64,000 nt of DNA from Octopus vulgaris (Eukaryota), in the NCBI GenBank assembly GCA_951406725.2, contig CATOCA020000001.1, forward strand, positions 2,480,001-2,544,000, given 5' to 3'. The notes beneath the pieces were generated by a model that saw only the letters and a list, made by a program, of their open reading frames with translations, ran no database searches and was not told the DNA's origin. Each line of letters starts with the position of its first letter. The stretch's first letter is position 1. Made by a program: the position numbers and the translations under genes. Shown here piece by piece: positions 13,300 to 25,735 of the stretch.

Positions 13300-13478
13300 T
13301 CTATCCCTGTTGCCCGCTTTGGGATCTTTCTTTCTTCTCTCTTCCTTCTTTATGTTTCCGACGAAGAGCTCCGCTCGAAACGTCATACCCTCCTGCTTCC
13401 ATTTCCTGAGCGCCTATTAATAATAATACTGTAATTGTTCCATTGTTGTTGTTTTTTTGTTTTCCCGTTTGGATTAAA
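13300..13478 (+). mobile_element. PLE-type 3' terminus with a minimal hammerhead variant
   Basis: CCGACGA-aGAGC-tcc-GCTC-GAAA-CG-TC at ~13368-13384, then TTCCTGAGCG and a T-rich tail into (TA)n. Same layout as 59225-59388. Confidence 0.55.
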
Positions 13479-13726
13479 ATATATATATATATATATATAT
13501 AAATTAATCAATTTAGGGTAGCAAAAAAAATTCAATAGAAATTTATCGCTACCAGCGGCCTAGTGGAAAAGAGAAAATAGTCAATGACTAAATATATAAA
13601 TATAACAATTTAGGAGTGACCCTAACAGGTCATTCGTCCACCAGAAAGAGCAGCCATAACTCACACCGCCAAGTAGTAGTAATTCAGAAATTAGGTGAAA
13701 ATTTAAAAACATTTACCCTAATTCAT

Positions 13727-13826
13727 CTTTTAGACGTTGCAACGTTTCTGTGTCATTAATGATTAAATTAGCTTAATTAAACTAAATTAAGCTAATCTAC
13801 CATAGGTTACACTTCATCAGTAAAAA
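13727..13826 (-). ncRNA. Type I hammerhead ribozyme, left-arm copy 1 (further copies at 14201-14300, 14674-14773, 15147-15246)
   Basis: Reverse complement of TTTTTA-CTGATGA-aGTGT...ACACa-GAAA-CGTTGCAACG-TC-TAAAAG. Confidence 0.85.
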
Positions 13827-15646
13827 ACCTGGGAGAGACAAATATACACGAGGCGTCTGTATCGATGCCTACGGAATATCTGTCTTAAAATTTTCAAGAC
13901 TGGCGTATTCGCGCCAAACTTATCAGCAGTAAATATAAACTGCCGATTCAATCTCAGAATTATTCAGAAAATTATCAATTAATCAATTTAGGGTAGCAAA
14001 AAAATTCAATAGAAATTTATCGCTACCAGCGGCCTAGTGGAAAAGAGAAAATAGTCAATGACTAAATATATAAATATAACAATTTAGGAGTGACCCTAAC
14101 AGGTCATTCGTCCACCAGAAAGAGCAGCCATAACTCACACCGCCAAGTAGTAGTAATTCAGAAATTAGGTGAAAATTTAAAAACATTTACCCTAATTCAT
14201 CTTTTAGACGTTGCAACGTTTCTGTGTCATTAATGATTAAATTAGCTTAATTAAACTAAATTAAGCTAATCTACCATAGGTTACACTTCATCAGTAAAAA
14301 ACCTGGGAGAGACAAATATACACGAGGCGTCTGTATCGATGCCTACGGAATATCTGTCTTAAAATTTTCAAGACTGGCGTATTCGCGCCAAACTTATCAG
14401 CAGTAAATATAAACTGCCGATTCAATCTCAGAATTATTCAGAAAATTATCAATTAATCAATTTAGGGTAGCAAAAAAATTCAATAGAAATTTATCGCTAC
14501 CAGCGGCCTAGTGGAAAGAGAAAATAGTCAATGACTAAATATATAAATATAACAATTTAGGAGTGACCCTAACAGGTCATTCGTCCACCAGAAAGAGCAG
14601 CCATAACTCACACCGCCAAGTAGTAGTAATTCAGAAATTAGGTGAAAATTTAAAAACATTTACCCTAATTCATCTTTTAGACGTTGCAACGTTTCTGTGT
14701 CATTAATGATTAAATTAGCTTAATTAAACTAAATTAAGCTAATCTACCATAGGTTACACTTCATCAGTAAAAAACCTGGGAGAGACAAATATACACGAGG
14801 CGTCTGTATCGATGCCTACGGAATATCTGTCTTAAAATTTTCAAGACTGGCGTATTCGCGCCAAACTTATCAGCAGTAAATATAAACTGCCGATTCAATC
14901 TCAGAATTATTCAGAAAATTATCAATTAATCAATTTAGGGTGGCAAAAAATTCAATAGAAATTTATCGCTACCAGCGGCCTAGTGGAAAAGAGAAAATAG
15001 TCAATGACTAAATATATAAATATAACAATTTAGGAGTGACCCTAACAGGTCATTCGTCCACCAGAAAGAGCAGCCATAACTCACACCGCCAAGTAGTAGT
15101 AATTCAGAAATTAGGTGAAAATTTAAAAACATTTACCCTAATTCATCTTTTAGACGTTGCAACGTTTCTGTGTCATTAATGATTAAATTAGCTTAATTAA
15201 ACTAAATTAAGCTAATCTACCATAGGTTACACTTCATCAGTAAAAAACCTGGGAGAGACAAATATACACGAGGCGTCTGTATCGATGCCTACGGAATATC
15301 TGTCTTAAAATTTTCAAGACTGGCGTATTCGCGCCAAACTTATCAGCAGTAAATATAAACTGCCGATTCAATCTCAGAATTATTCAGAAAATTATCAATT
15401 AATCAATTTAGGGTAGCAAAAAAATTCAATAGAAATTTATCGCTACCAGCGGCCTAGTGGAAAAGAGAAAATAGTCAATGACTAAATATATAAATTGATA
15501 ATTTTCTGAATAATTCTGAGATTGAATCGGCAGTTTATATTTACTGCTGATAAGTTTGGCGCGAATACGCCAGTCTTGAAAATTTTAAGACAGATATTCC
15601 GTAGGCATCGATACAGACGCCTCGTGTATATTTGTCTCTCCCAGGT

Positions 15647-15746
15647 TTTTTACTGATGAAGTGTAACCTATGGTAGATTAGCTTAATTTAGTTTAATTAA
15701 GCTAATTTAATCATTAATGACACAGAAACGTTGCAACGTCTAAAAG
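15647..15746 (+). ncRNA. Type I hammerhead ribozyme, right-arm copy 1 (CTGATGA at 15653, 16127, 16601, 17075, 17548)
   Basis: Stem I TTTTA/TAAAA, core CTGATGA, long stem II GTGT...ACAC enclosing a perfect 12-bp hairpin ATTAGCTTAATT/AATTAAGCTAAT, GAAA, palindromic stem III CGTTGCAACG, GTC cleavage triplet (after C15740). Confidence 0.88.
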
Positions 15747-18169
15747 ATGAATTAGGGTAAATGTTTTTAAATTTTCACCTAATTTCTGAATTACTACTAC
15801 TTGGCGGTGTGAGTTATGGCTGCTCTTTCTGGTGGACGAATGACATGTTAGGGTCACTCCTAAATTGTTATATTTATATATTTAGTCATTGACTATTTTC
15901 TCTTTTCCACTAGGCCGCTGGTAGCGATAAATTTCTATTGAATTTTTTTGCTACCCTAAATTGATTAATTGATAATTTTCTGAATAATTCTGAGATTGAA
16001 TCGGCAGTTTATATTTACTGCTGATAAGTTTGGCGCGAATACGCCAGTCTTGAAAATTTTAAGACAGATATTCCGTAGGCATCGATACAGACGCCTCGTG
16101 TATATTTGTCTCTCCCAGGTTTTTTACTGATGAAGTGTAACCTATGGTAGATTAGCTTAATTTAGTTTAATTAAGCTAATTTAATCATTAATGACACAGA
16201 AACGTTGCAACGTCTAAAAGATGAATTAGGGTAAATGTTTTTAAATTTTCACCTAATTTCTGAATTACTACTACTTGGCGGTGTGAGTTATGACTGCTCT
16301 TTCTGGTGGACGAATGACCTGTTAGGGTCACTCCTAAATTGTTATATTTATATATTTAGTCATTGACTATTTTCTCTTTTCCACTAGGCCGCTGGTAGCG
16401 ATAAATTTCTATTGAATTTTTTTGCTACCCTAAATTGATTAATTGATAATTTTCTGAATAATTCTGAGATTGAATCGGCAGTTTATATTTACTGCTGATA
16501 AGTTTGGCGCGAATACGCCAGTCTTGAAAATTTTAAGACAGATATTCCGTAGGCATCGATACAGACGCCTCGTGTATATTTGTCTCTCCCAGGTTTTTTA
16601 CTGATGAAGTGTAACCTATGGTAGATTAGCTTAATTTAGTTTAATTAAGCTAATTTAATCATTAATGACACAGAAACGTTGCAACGTCTAAAAGATGAAT
16701 TAGGGTAAATGTTTTTAAATTTTCACCTAATTTCTGAATTACTACTACTTGGCGGTGTGAGTTATGGCTGCTCTTTCTGGTGGACGAATGACCTGTTAGG
16801 GTCACTCCTAAATTGTTATATTTATATATTTAGTCATTGACTATTTTCTCTTTTCCACTAGGCCGCTGGTAGCGATAAATTTCTATTGAATTTTTTTGCT
16901 ACCCTAAATTGATTAATTGATAATTTTCTGAATAATTCTGAGATTGAATCGGCAGTTTATATTTACTGCTGATAAGTTTGGCGCGAATACGCCAGTCTTG
17001 AAAATTTTAAGACAGATATTCCGTAGGCATCGATACAGACGCCTCGTGTATATTTGTCTCTCCCAGGTTTTTTACTGATGAAGTGTAACCTATGGTAGAT
17101 TAGCTTAATTTAGTTTAATTAAGCTAATTTAATCATTAATGACACAGAAACGTTGCAACGTCTAAAAGATGAATTAGGGTAAATGTTTTTAAATTTTCAC
17201 CTAATTTCTGAATTACTCCTACTTGGCGGTGTGAGTTATGGCTGCTCTTTCTGGTGGACGAATGACCTGTTAGGGTCACTCCTAAATTGTTATATTTATA
17301 TATTTAGTCATTGACTATTTTCTCTTTTCCACTAGGCCGCTGGTAGCGATAAATTTCTATTAATTTTTTTGCTACCCTAAATTGATTAATTGATAATTTT
17401 CTGAATAATTCTGAGATTGAATCGGCAGTTTATATTTACTGCTGATAAGTTTGGCGCGAATACGCCAGTCTTGAAAATTTTAAGACAGATATTCCGTAGG
17501 CATCGATACAGACGCCTCGTGTATATTTGTCTCTCCCAGGTTTTTTACTGATGAAGTGTAACCTATGGTAGATTAGCTTAATTTAGTTTAATTAAGCTAA
17601 TTTAATCATTAATGACACAGAAACGTTGCAACGTCTAAAAGATGAATTAGGGTAAATGTTTTTAAATTTTCACCTAATTTCTGAATTACTACTACTTGGC
17701 GGTGTGAGTTATGGCTGCTCTTTCTGGTGGACGAATGACCTGTTAGGGTCACTCCTAAATTGTTATATATATATATATATATATATGTGTGTATATATAT
17801 ATATATATTTATATATATATAGGCGTATATGGCGCAGATTTAGCTCGCCCCTCTCCCTTTTTTGTGAAATACGTAGAAAAGATTGGAGATAATGATTCTG
17901 AAAAAAGTCATTGTTTGTAAAATTCCATGAATTCAAAAGAAAAATAAATAAATCTCACCTCCTGATTCTACGGTTTTCAACCAGGCTATCTACATGCTAG
18001 AAATAACAGCCATACCTCGAGCGAACTTTTTGGGGCACATAATTACAGTCTCTGTATCGAATGCTTTGCATTTTACCCCATGGGGCTACCGAGTCACTTC
18101 GTTACCATCATCTATCTCTTGTAGTTCCTACTATTCGTTTTCACTTTCTCTCTCCTTCCGCTTTGTGAA

Positions 18170-18500
18170 AGTACGTGACTCAATGGTAAGATCGCCAGGC
18201 TTACAATCAGGAGATAGTGAGATCGATTCATGGAACGGGCTGTGCGTTGAAGTTCTTGAGCAAGACACTTTATTTCACGTTACTCCAGTTCACTGAGTTG
18301 TTGAAATGAGTTTTGACATCACTGTGCCGAAGCTGTATCAGTCTTTGAATTGCCATTGGATAACATTGTTGTCATGGATAGGGTATGCAGTTATGCATGG
18401 GTGACTGCCGGTCATCCTTAAACAAATTTGCCCGGATACGTACCTTGGTGGGGAAGTTTCTAGGTACAATCTCCTGGTCATTCATTACCAAAGAGGATCA
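18170..18500 (+). mobile_element. tRNA-derived SINE of a second family
   Basis: GTGACTCAATGGTAAG (A-box-like) ... GATCGATTC (B-box-like) ... TTGAGCAAGACACTTTATTTCACG core. An inverted partial copy lies at ~27370-27440. Confidence 0.55.
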
Positions 18501-19054
18501 AACATATGCATTTCCCTACCTCATTCTCTTATCCACTAGCTTGAAGCTGACCCCCACCCCACCCCACCCAAAAGGTTTTGTAGTTCTGCAACTTGAATCG
18601 CAACGAATAGTCGGGTAGTATGATAAAAAGCACTGAACCCATGCTGTAAATTGGTTGATGTTTGGAAGGGCATCTAACCAGAAATAGCAGACCAAAGCAG
18701 ACATTTATATATATAATATATACATTTATATGTGCGTATGTGTGTGTGTGTGTGTGTGTGATTGTATGTGTGTATGTGTGCGTATGTATGTTTGTGTGTC
18801 TGCGTTTGACCCTCGATTTTGCCTCCTTTTAACTGAAAGAAGGGTTCATATTTTTAGTAAAATTTTTGACATATTGTGTACATGCTGATTATATTGGAAT
18901 TCTTTTAGAAAAAGTTTTTCCTAGAGGGGGGGGGAGAATTTCAAAAAATTCCAATATCGGCATTTGTTGGACGAAGAAAGCTTTGATGAAATAATGAAAG
19001 AAATATGCAATCAATCTACTAATCTACTACCACATCCACCCATCCACACACATG

Positions 19055-19290
19055 CATATATACTCTTTACTCTGTACTGTTTTACTTGTTTTAGGTCATT
19101 TGATTGTGGCCATGCTGGAGCACCGCCTTTAGACAGGCAAATCGACCCAGGGCTTATTTTTTTGTAAACCTATTACTTATTCAATCACCTCATTTTCCCG
19201 AACCGCTAAGTTACGGCGTCGTAAAGACACCAGCATCGTTTGTCAAGCGATGTTGTGGGAACAAACAGAGATACACAAACATATACACAC
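19055..19290 (-). mobile_element. SINE 3' part (family of 280-658); longer copy at 26720-27147 minus
   Basis: TTTTACTTGTTTTAGGTCATTTGATTGTGGCCATGCTGGAGCACCGCC...CCGAACCGCTAAGTTACGG...CACCAGCATCG. Confidence 0.75.
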
Positions 19291-19469
19291 ACACATGTAT
19301 GTATGTATGTGTGTATGTATGTATGTATGTATGTATGTATGTATGTATGTATGTATGTATGTATGTATGTATGTATGTATGTAGGAAGGCGGAACTCTTG
19401 AGAGTCAACGGCCATCCAATAAATTTTTAATGTTTTTTTTCTTTTTTTCTTTTTCTTTTTGTTAATGCT

Positions 19470-22400
19470 TAAGGCTGTAGCATAGGCGGGGACATAGAAA
19501 TAACCGGACTGAATACCCGATCGCGCGGTTAAACCATTGGGAGTGAAGGACTCCTAGCCTTTGTTAGGGCATCCTTCTAGAAGGTAACTCAGGTAACTGG
19601 GATAACTGCGACATAAAACCTGCGGCTCAGTGGTTACCGATGATGTTGACCGATGATGTCTTTTCGGATTATGGCTTCTGTTGCTTAGTGTGTGGGATTG
19701 ACTCAGTGCACAGTCTTTCCTCACTTTGAAAATATCTTCGTGCACAGGCATTGCACGAAAACAACATTGGATTGATTAAAGTGAGTAACTAATTCATGAT
19801 TGTTGTTAGTGCTGTGAGTCTCAACTGAGTGGCTGGCTGTAGCCTTAAAAAGCAAAAATCAATGATGTACCAAAACAGTATAAAAATAAATGGCAGTAAG
19901 GACTCTGGAACCACATCAGCTGAAAGATTCTGGCCCGGCAGGGGCTCCAGAGCATCACAGTCTGAACCCGGCCGTCATCATGCTACTGTGATAGAACCAA
20001 AGAAAATAATGAATATTTGCTGTTGGAATATACGGACACTGCTTGACCATAAGTCCTCTGAATGTCCTGAAAGAAGGACTGCGCTTGTTGCGAAGGAGCT
20101 TCAACGCTATGATCTTGACATCGTTGCTTTATCTGAGACGAGATTACCTGGAGATGGTCATCTTACAGAATCTTGTGGAAAATATACATTCTTTTGGAAA
20201 GGGAGAGATGAAGAGTTTAGAGGAGAAGCTGGAGTGGCATTTGCTGTTAAGACTACTCTTGTGGACAAGTTGGAAGAATTCCCAATCGAAATTAACGATC
20301 GTCTTATGTCCATGAGAATTCCTTTGGCTAAAGGAAATTATATGACCTTGGTGAGTGTGTAAGCTCCAACTATGTGCTATACTGATGACGAAAAACTTTC
20401 TTTCTACCATGCTTTGAAGGGCATTATAAGAAATATCCCTCGGGCAGACAAAGTCATCGTACTGGGTGACTTTAATGCTAGAGTGGGTAGGGATTTTAAC
20501 ACATGGACTGTAATTGGAAAGCATGGGGTGGGGAAGTGTAATAGTAATGGCATGCTTTTGCTGCAGATGTGTGAGGAGCTGAGTCTGTGTGTTACCAATA
20601 CCATGTTTCAACCAAAGAATAAGACTTATGGATGACTAAAGAATGGCATATTCTGGATTACATCCTAGTTAGAGGTGCGTGACAGACAGGATGTGCAGTG
20701 TGATCGTGTTCTTCGTGGAGCTGAGTGTTGGACTGACCACCGCCTAGTACGACGTGCAACAGTGAAATTAGTCACAAAACATAAAATCCGAGCTGCAGGG
20801 ATGATCCTGCCTAAAAGACTGAATATTGGTATAATAGTATGAAGAGAACTTTACGAAGGAAGTTAATGCTGTAGATATTGGGGAGGATTGGCCGAACCTA
20901 AAAAGTCAGTTTATGATATTGGCAGGAAAGTTCTGGGATTGATACAAAGAAAGCATCAAGATTGGTTTAAAGAAAATGATGAACATATAGATGATTTATT
21001 GGCTGATAAAAGGCGTACTTTGTCACGCTATTTGTCAGCAAAGTCACAGGAAAGGGAAGTGTTGCATAGGGAACTCAAGGACGTAAAATCACGTGTGAGG
21101 CAAAGGCTCTCTCAGATGAGGGATACGTGGTGGAGTAAGAAGGCTGACGAGATACAGGCGGCATGAGATTCCAATAACACAAAGTTGCTGTATGGTCTCT
21201 TGCGAGAAGTTTATGGACCGACGTCTTCCCTGATGACACCAATTCAAAACAGGGATGGTAAAGAAGTTCTTCATGATTCACAAGGAATTCTGCGAAGGTG
21301 GCAAGAACACTTTGATGAACTTTTGAATCAACAGTATGTAGTTAGTGAGGATGTTCTCAATCTCTGCCCTGGATTGCCTGTGAAGGCAGCACTCGCAGAA
21401 CCACGAAAGTTGGAAGACGTTGCAATGGCTGTCTCAAGGTTGAATAATGGGAAGTCTCCGGGTATGGATGGCATACAAGCGGAGTTGTTACAGCATGGTG
21501 GTGAGAAACTTCTGCAGAAACTTCACTCTTTGTTTGGTAAGGTATAGACTGGAGAGATGCTGTAATGGTGGCCCTGTATAAGGGACAGGGCAACAGGAAT
21601 GATTGTGGTAATTATAGGGGAGTATCATTGCTGTCTGCTGTAGGAAAGGTTTTATGCAAGATACTTCTTGATCGTCTGCTGAAATACATTGCAGATTGTG
21701 TTCTTCCAGAAAGTCAATCTGGCTATCGTGTGGGACGTGCCACTGCTGGTATGATCTTTTCAGTTAGACAGCTTCAGGAAAAGTGTGTGGAACAGGGTCT
21801 TGATTTGTATCAGGTTTTTATCGATCTGACAAAAGCCTTTGATACCGTCAATAGAAAAGCATTGTGGAAAGTCCTCCAGAAATTGGGGGTCCTGAAAAGT
21901 TCCTTGCTTTGGTTAGGTCTTTTCATGAAGATATGAATGGTAAGGTGAATGCTAGAGGAGTGAAACTGGGGGATATTCTGGCATTGACCCTATTTTCCAT
22001 ATATTTCGCGATGGTGTTCTGTATTGCATTCAGAAACTGCAGATACGGTGTTTACGTCCACTATCGAACCTCTGGCAACATATTTAATATCAGGGGCCTT
22101 GCTGCAAAAACAAAGATATTTACCTCTATCATAAAAAAACATTTTTTATGCTGATGATTGTGAGCTAGTAGCACACACAGAGATTGATATGCAACACATT
22201 TTGTATAGAAGCTCTTGTGTTAAAGCAAAGGCTCAGATGGAGTGGTCATCTGGTCAGAATGAAGGATTCAAGGATGCCAAAACAACTCTTTTATGGAGAG
22301 TTAGCTAAAAAAAGAAGGACCTCCACATAAACCAAAAAAGAGGTATAAGGACTTGCTGAAGGCTTCCTTAAGAGATGCTTGCATCTCTCCTGACACATAG

Positions 22401-22630
22401 CTATTGATCGTAGCAGGTGGAGAAGGATTGTGCATGAGGGGACAGCCACATTTCAGAATTTCAGAAATTTCGAGTTGCACATGAGAAAGTAAGGAGGGAT
22501 GTCAGGAAGGGCATTGCTGTTACACTTCCAGAAGGGAAGGGTCTTCCTTTGATTCTGACATGCTATGTCTGTGCAAGACCGTGCCTCAGTAAAGCTGGAT
22601 TCATGAGTCATCTTCGTAGTCAGAAAACGA
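19470..22630 (+). mobile_element. RTE-clade LINE, decayed (APE plus RT, frameshifts and stops, internal deletion near 22205)
   Basis: NICCWNIRTLL...PERRTALVAKEL...ALSETRL, LGDFNARVG, GKSPGMDGIQAE, NYRGVSLLS, ESQSGYR, FIDLTKAFDTVNR. Embedded in (TATG)n. Confidence 0.92.
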
Positions 22631-22670
22631 TGCATGTATGTATATCTACGTATATATGTGTGTATGTATT

Positions 22671-22705
<35 letters not shown>

Positions 22706-24385
22706 GTGTCTGTAAGTATATATATATGTGATTGCATATATGTATGTATATATGTATGTATGTATGTATGCATGCATGTATGTATGTATGCATGTATGTA
22801 TGCATGCATGTGCGACTGTATGTATGCATGTATGTAGGTATGTTTGCATGCATATATGTATATGCATGCGTGTATGTATGTATGTATGTGTGTATGCATG
22901 CATGTATGTATGTATGTATATATGTATATATGTATATATGTGTATGTATGTATATATGTATAAATGTATGTATGAATATACGCAGGCATGGATGAATGCA
23001 AGTGCATTCATATCTGAATGCGTCTATGTATTAAGGGTGTGTGTATGTATGTTGTGTGTGTGTGTGTGTGTGTGTGCATGCGTCCCTGAGATATTTTGTG
23101 TGTATGCCTGTCCTCTGATCGCAACCTGACACGTTGTTACTTTGTTTATGTCACTATAAAGCAACGTTTAGCGTTACAGGTCGGAAGCATAAGAACAGAT
23201 TACAAGTAAATAAATAAATATATAGGTCCAGTTAAAACGACGAAAATTCTTCAAGGCGGAGCCCCAGCATGGCCACAATCCAATGAATTAAAGAAATCCA
23301 AGGTAACTAAGGAGATTCTAGTCGCCGGGACCTTGCCTATGTAACCTATCGAGTTCAAACTTTGAGGTCACAGTTTTCTGATCACTGTAGTTACATAAAT
23401 CTTTATCTATACATCTAGAAGACCCATCGCTATTCATCCATGTCCACACTGGAGCGTCTGGGTGTTCCAGTATATACGGATTTGCCAGCAAAAAACGCTT
23501 AAGCAGATCGAAGAGGTACGTGTTTTTCCTCCTATCTGTATTCGAGCAAACACAATCCACTAAGGAGTGTGACGTACCTAGAAAATTCTCTAGACTAGAA
23601 AATCGTCTAACTGTCCGGTCGTCGGAGTTTATAAACAACCCCCAGCCTGAAAGACTTATCAATGATGAGGTTTACATCAAATACGACCAGTCTACTCCCA
23701 CCCTCGGATCAATAAAGATTACTCTTGATGCTAAATCCAGTTTTTCTTGAGCAGAATTACGACTGCCCCTCTTCACATTCTGGGTGACCAGGAGAAATAA
23801 ATTTCTCGTTGCAGTTTAGGTGGGGAGAAATGCTTGTCAGTCCACTCAGCCAGGTTTCTCTAACTACTACCACATCCAAATTAAGCGACACGAGGTCATT
23901 GAGGAAAAGCCCTTATTTCCAATTCGATGACAGGATGTAAACATTTAAACTCCCTACATCGAGTGTAAACATGAAGAAAAAACTTAGTTTGGAGATGGGC
24001 GTTAAAACATACAGTTCTATTTATTTAGGAGCTTGTGAAGTCTCTAGGTGTGTGTGTGTTCATGTTTATGCGTGTCCTTATCCTACGATTGCAGCCTGAC
24101 ACGGTGTTGCTTTGTTTCTGTCTCTATAAACAACTTTCAGCAATACAGGACGGAAGAATAAGGAGAAATTACAAATAAATAAATAAATAGGTCCGGTTAA
24201 CCCGTCAGAAATCTTGAAGGCGGTGCTCCAGCATGGCCACAATCCAATGAATGAAGGGAATCCAGGGTGAAGAGCAAACTGTTAAAAGATTCGAGGTAAG
24301 GATGTTCTATAGAGCTTATTACTGCATTACTCCAACCTCCCATGCTTTCCTCTCTCCCTCCCACTCCTTCTCTCGCAAACACACC

Positions 24386-24439
<54 letters not shown>

Positions 24440-24677
24440 CCCGCATATACAAACAGATTCAAGGATAGAAGCGTTTGAACACACCGAACAAAGAACACAC
24501 ACGCAAAAAAATACGCTAACATAAAATAAAATATTTTATCTCAAGGGAAGCTACTCTCAATTATATTTTAATATATTTGAGAGTTACCTCCTTAAAACTA
24601 TTTTATAATTCATTTAAGTGCCTTAAGTATAAATTAATTTGTACGGCCTATCGTTTGCATTACTTAAACGTTGGAAG

Positions 24678-24820
<143 letters not shown>

Positions 24821-24893
24821 CATGTTTATGTATGTCCTTATCCTACGATTGCAGCCTGACATGGAGTTGGTTTGTTTATGTCTCTATAAAGCA

Positions 24894-25310
24894 AATTTTA
24901 GTAATGAACTGCATGCTATTCTTGTCAGCCCCCTTGTATATTTTGTCCAGCTCACATTGCAGGTGCATAGTGTCTTCAGGGTTCTGTGTTACCTGTGAAA
25001 CTTTTGTATCATCTGCATAACTTGTGATCGTGGCGTTCTGAGGGCATTCTGAGAGGGACAATATGAGCAGAAGTGCTCCCAAAACAGAGCCTTGCGGGAC
25101 ACCGGTCCTTATTTGCGTATCATTGGAGGTAGCCCCATTGGCTACTACCACCTGACTTCTATCCTTCAGAAAGTCATGAAGCCATTCTCACAATTTTCCA
25201 ACTATGCCAAGATCACAAAGTTTGTGACATATCGTTCCATGATAAAACTTTATCAACATTTATCGGCGTTTGCAACGTCGAGGTATAACACTTCCACATT
25301 TCAGCAACCA
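24894..25310 (-). pseudogene. CR1/L2-like RT fragment
   Basis: TGVPQGSVLGALL...SYADDTK in ORF 24876..25151. Confidence 0.8.
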
Positions 25311-25329
25311 GTCACAGTATATTGTAAGA

Positions 25330-25375
<46 letters not shown>

Positions 25376-25683
25376 CATTCTACTTCTCTTCTCTCTCTCG
25401 GAAACCTGGAGTAATGCAGTAATAAGCTCCATAGTACATCCTTACATCGAAGGTTTTAGTAAATTGCTCTTTTCCTTGGATTTCTTTCATTCATTGGATT
25501 GTGGCCATGCTGGGGCACCGCCTTGAAGCGTCTCCGTCGGGTTAGCTTTACCTGTTTATTTATGTATTTGTAATCTGTCCTTATTCTTCCGTCCTCTATC
25601 GCTGAACTTTGCTTTATAGAGACATAAACAAAGCAACACCGTGCTAGGCTGCGATCATAGGATAAGGACACACATAAACATGA

Positions 25684-25735
<52 letters not shown>

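Larger units (their letters stand above)
13502..17768. repeat. Retrozyme-like tandem array of ~474-bp units in two divergent arms (13502-15495 minus sense, ~4.2 units; 15493-17768 plus sense, ~4.8 units)
   Basis: Unit starts at 13502/13977/14451/14924/15397 and, inverted, at 15493/15967/16441/16915/17388. Copies are almost identical, have no long ORF, and nine hammerheads are present. (TA)n on both flanks. Confidence 0.95.

Noticed and set aside
13502-17768. CRISPR array or coding repeat; second ribozyme in the antisense polarity
   Set aside because: Units are identical end to end with no variable spacers and no cas genes or long ORF. No CTGANGA core was found on the antisense strand of the unit.
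19470-19830. Possible HDV-like ribozyme in the RTE 5' UTR
   Set aside because: Some hairpins are present (GGAGT/ACTCC), but I could not build the nested double pseudoknot by eye. A motif search is needed.
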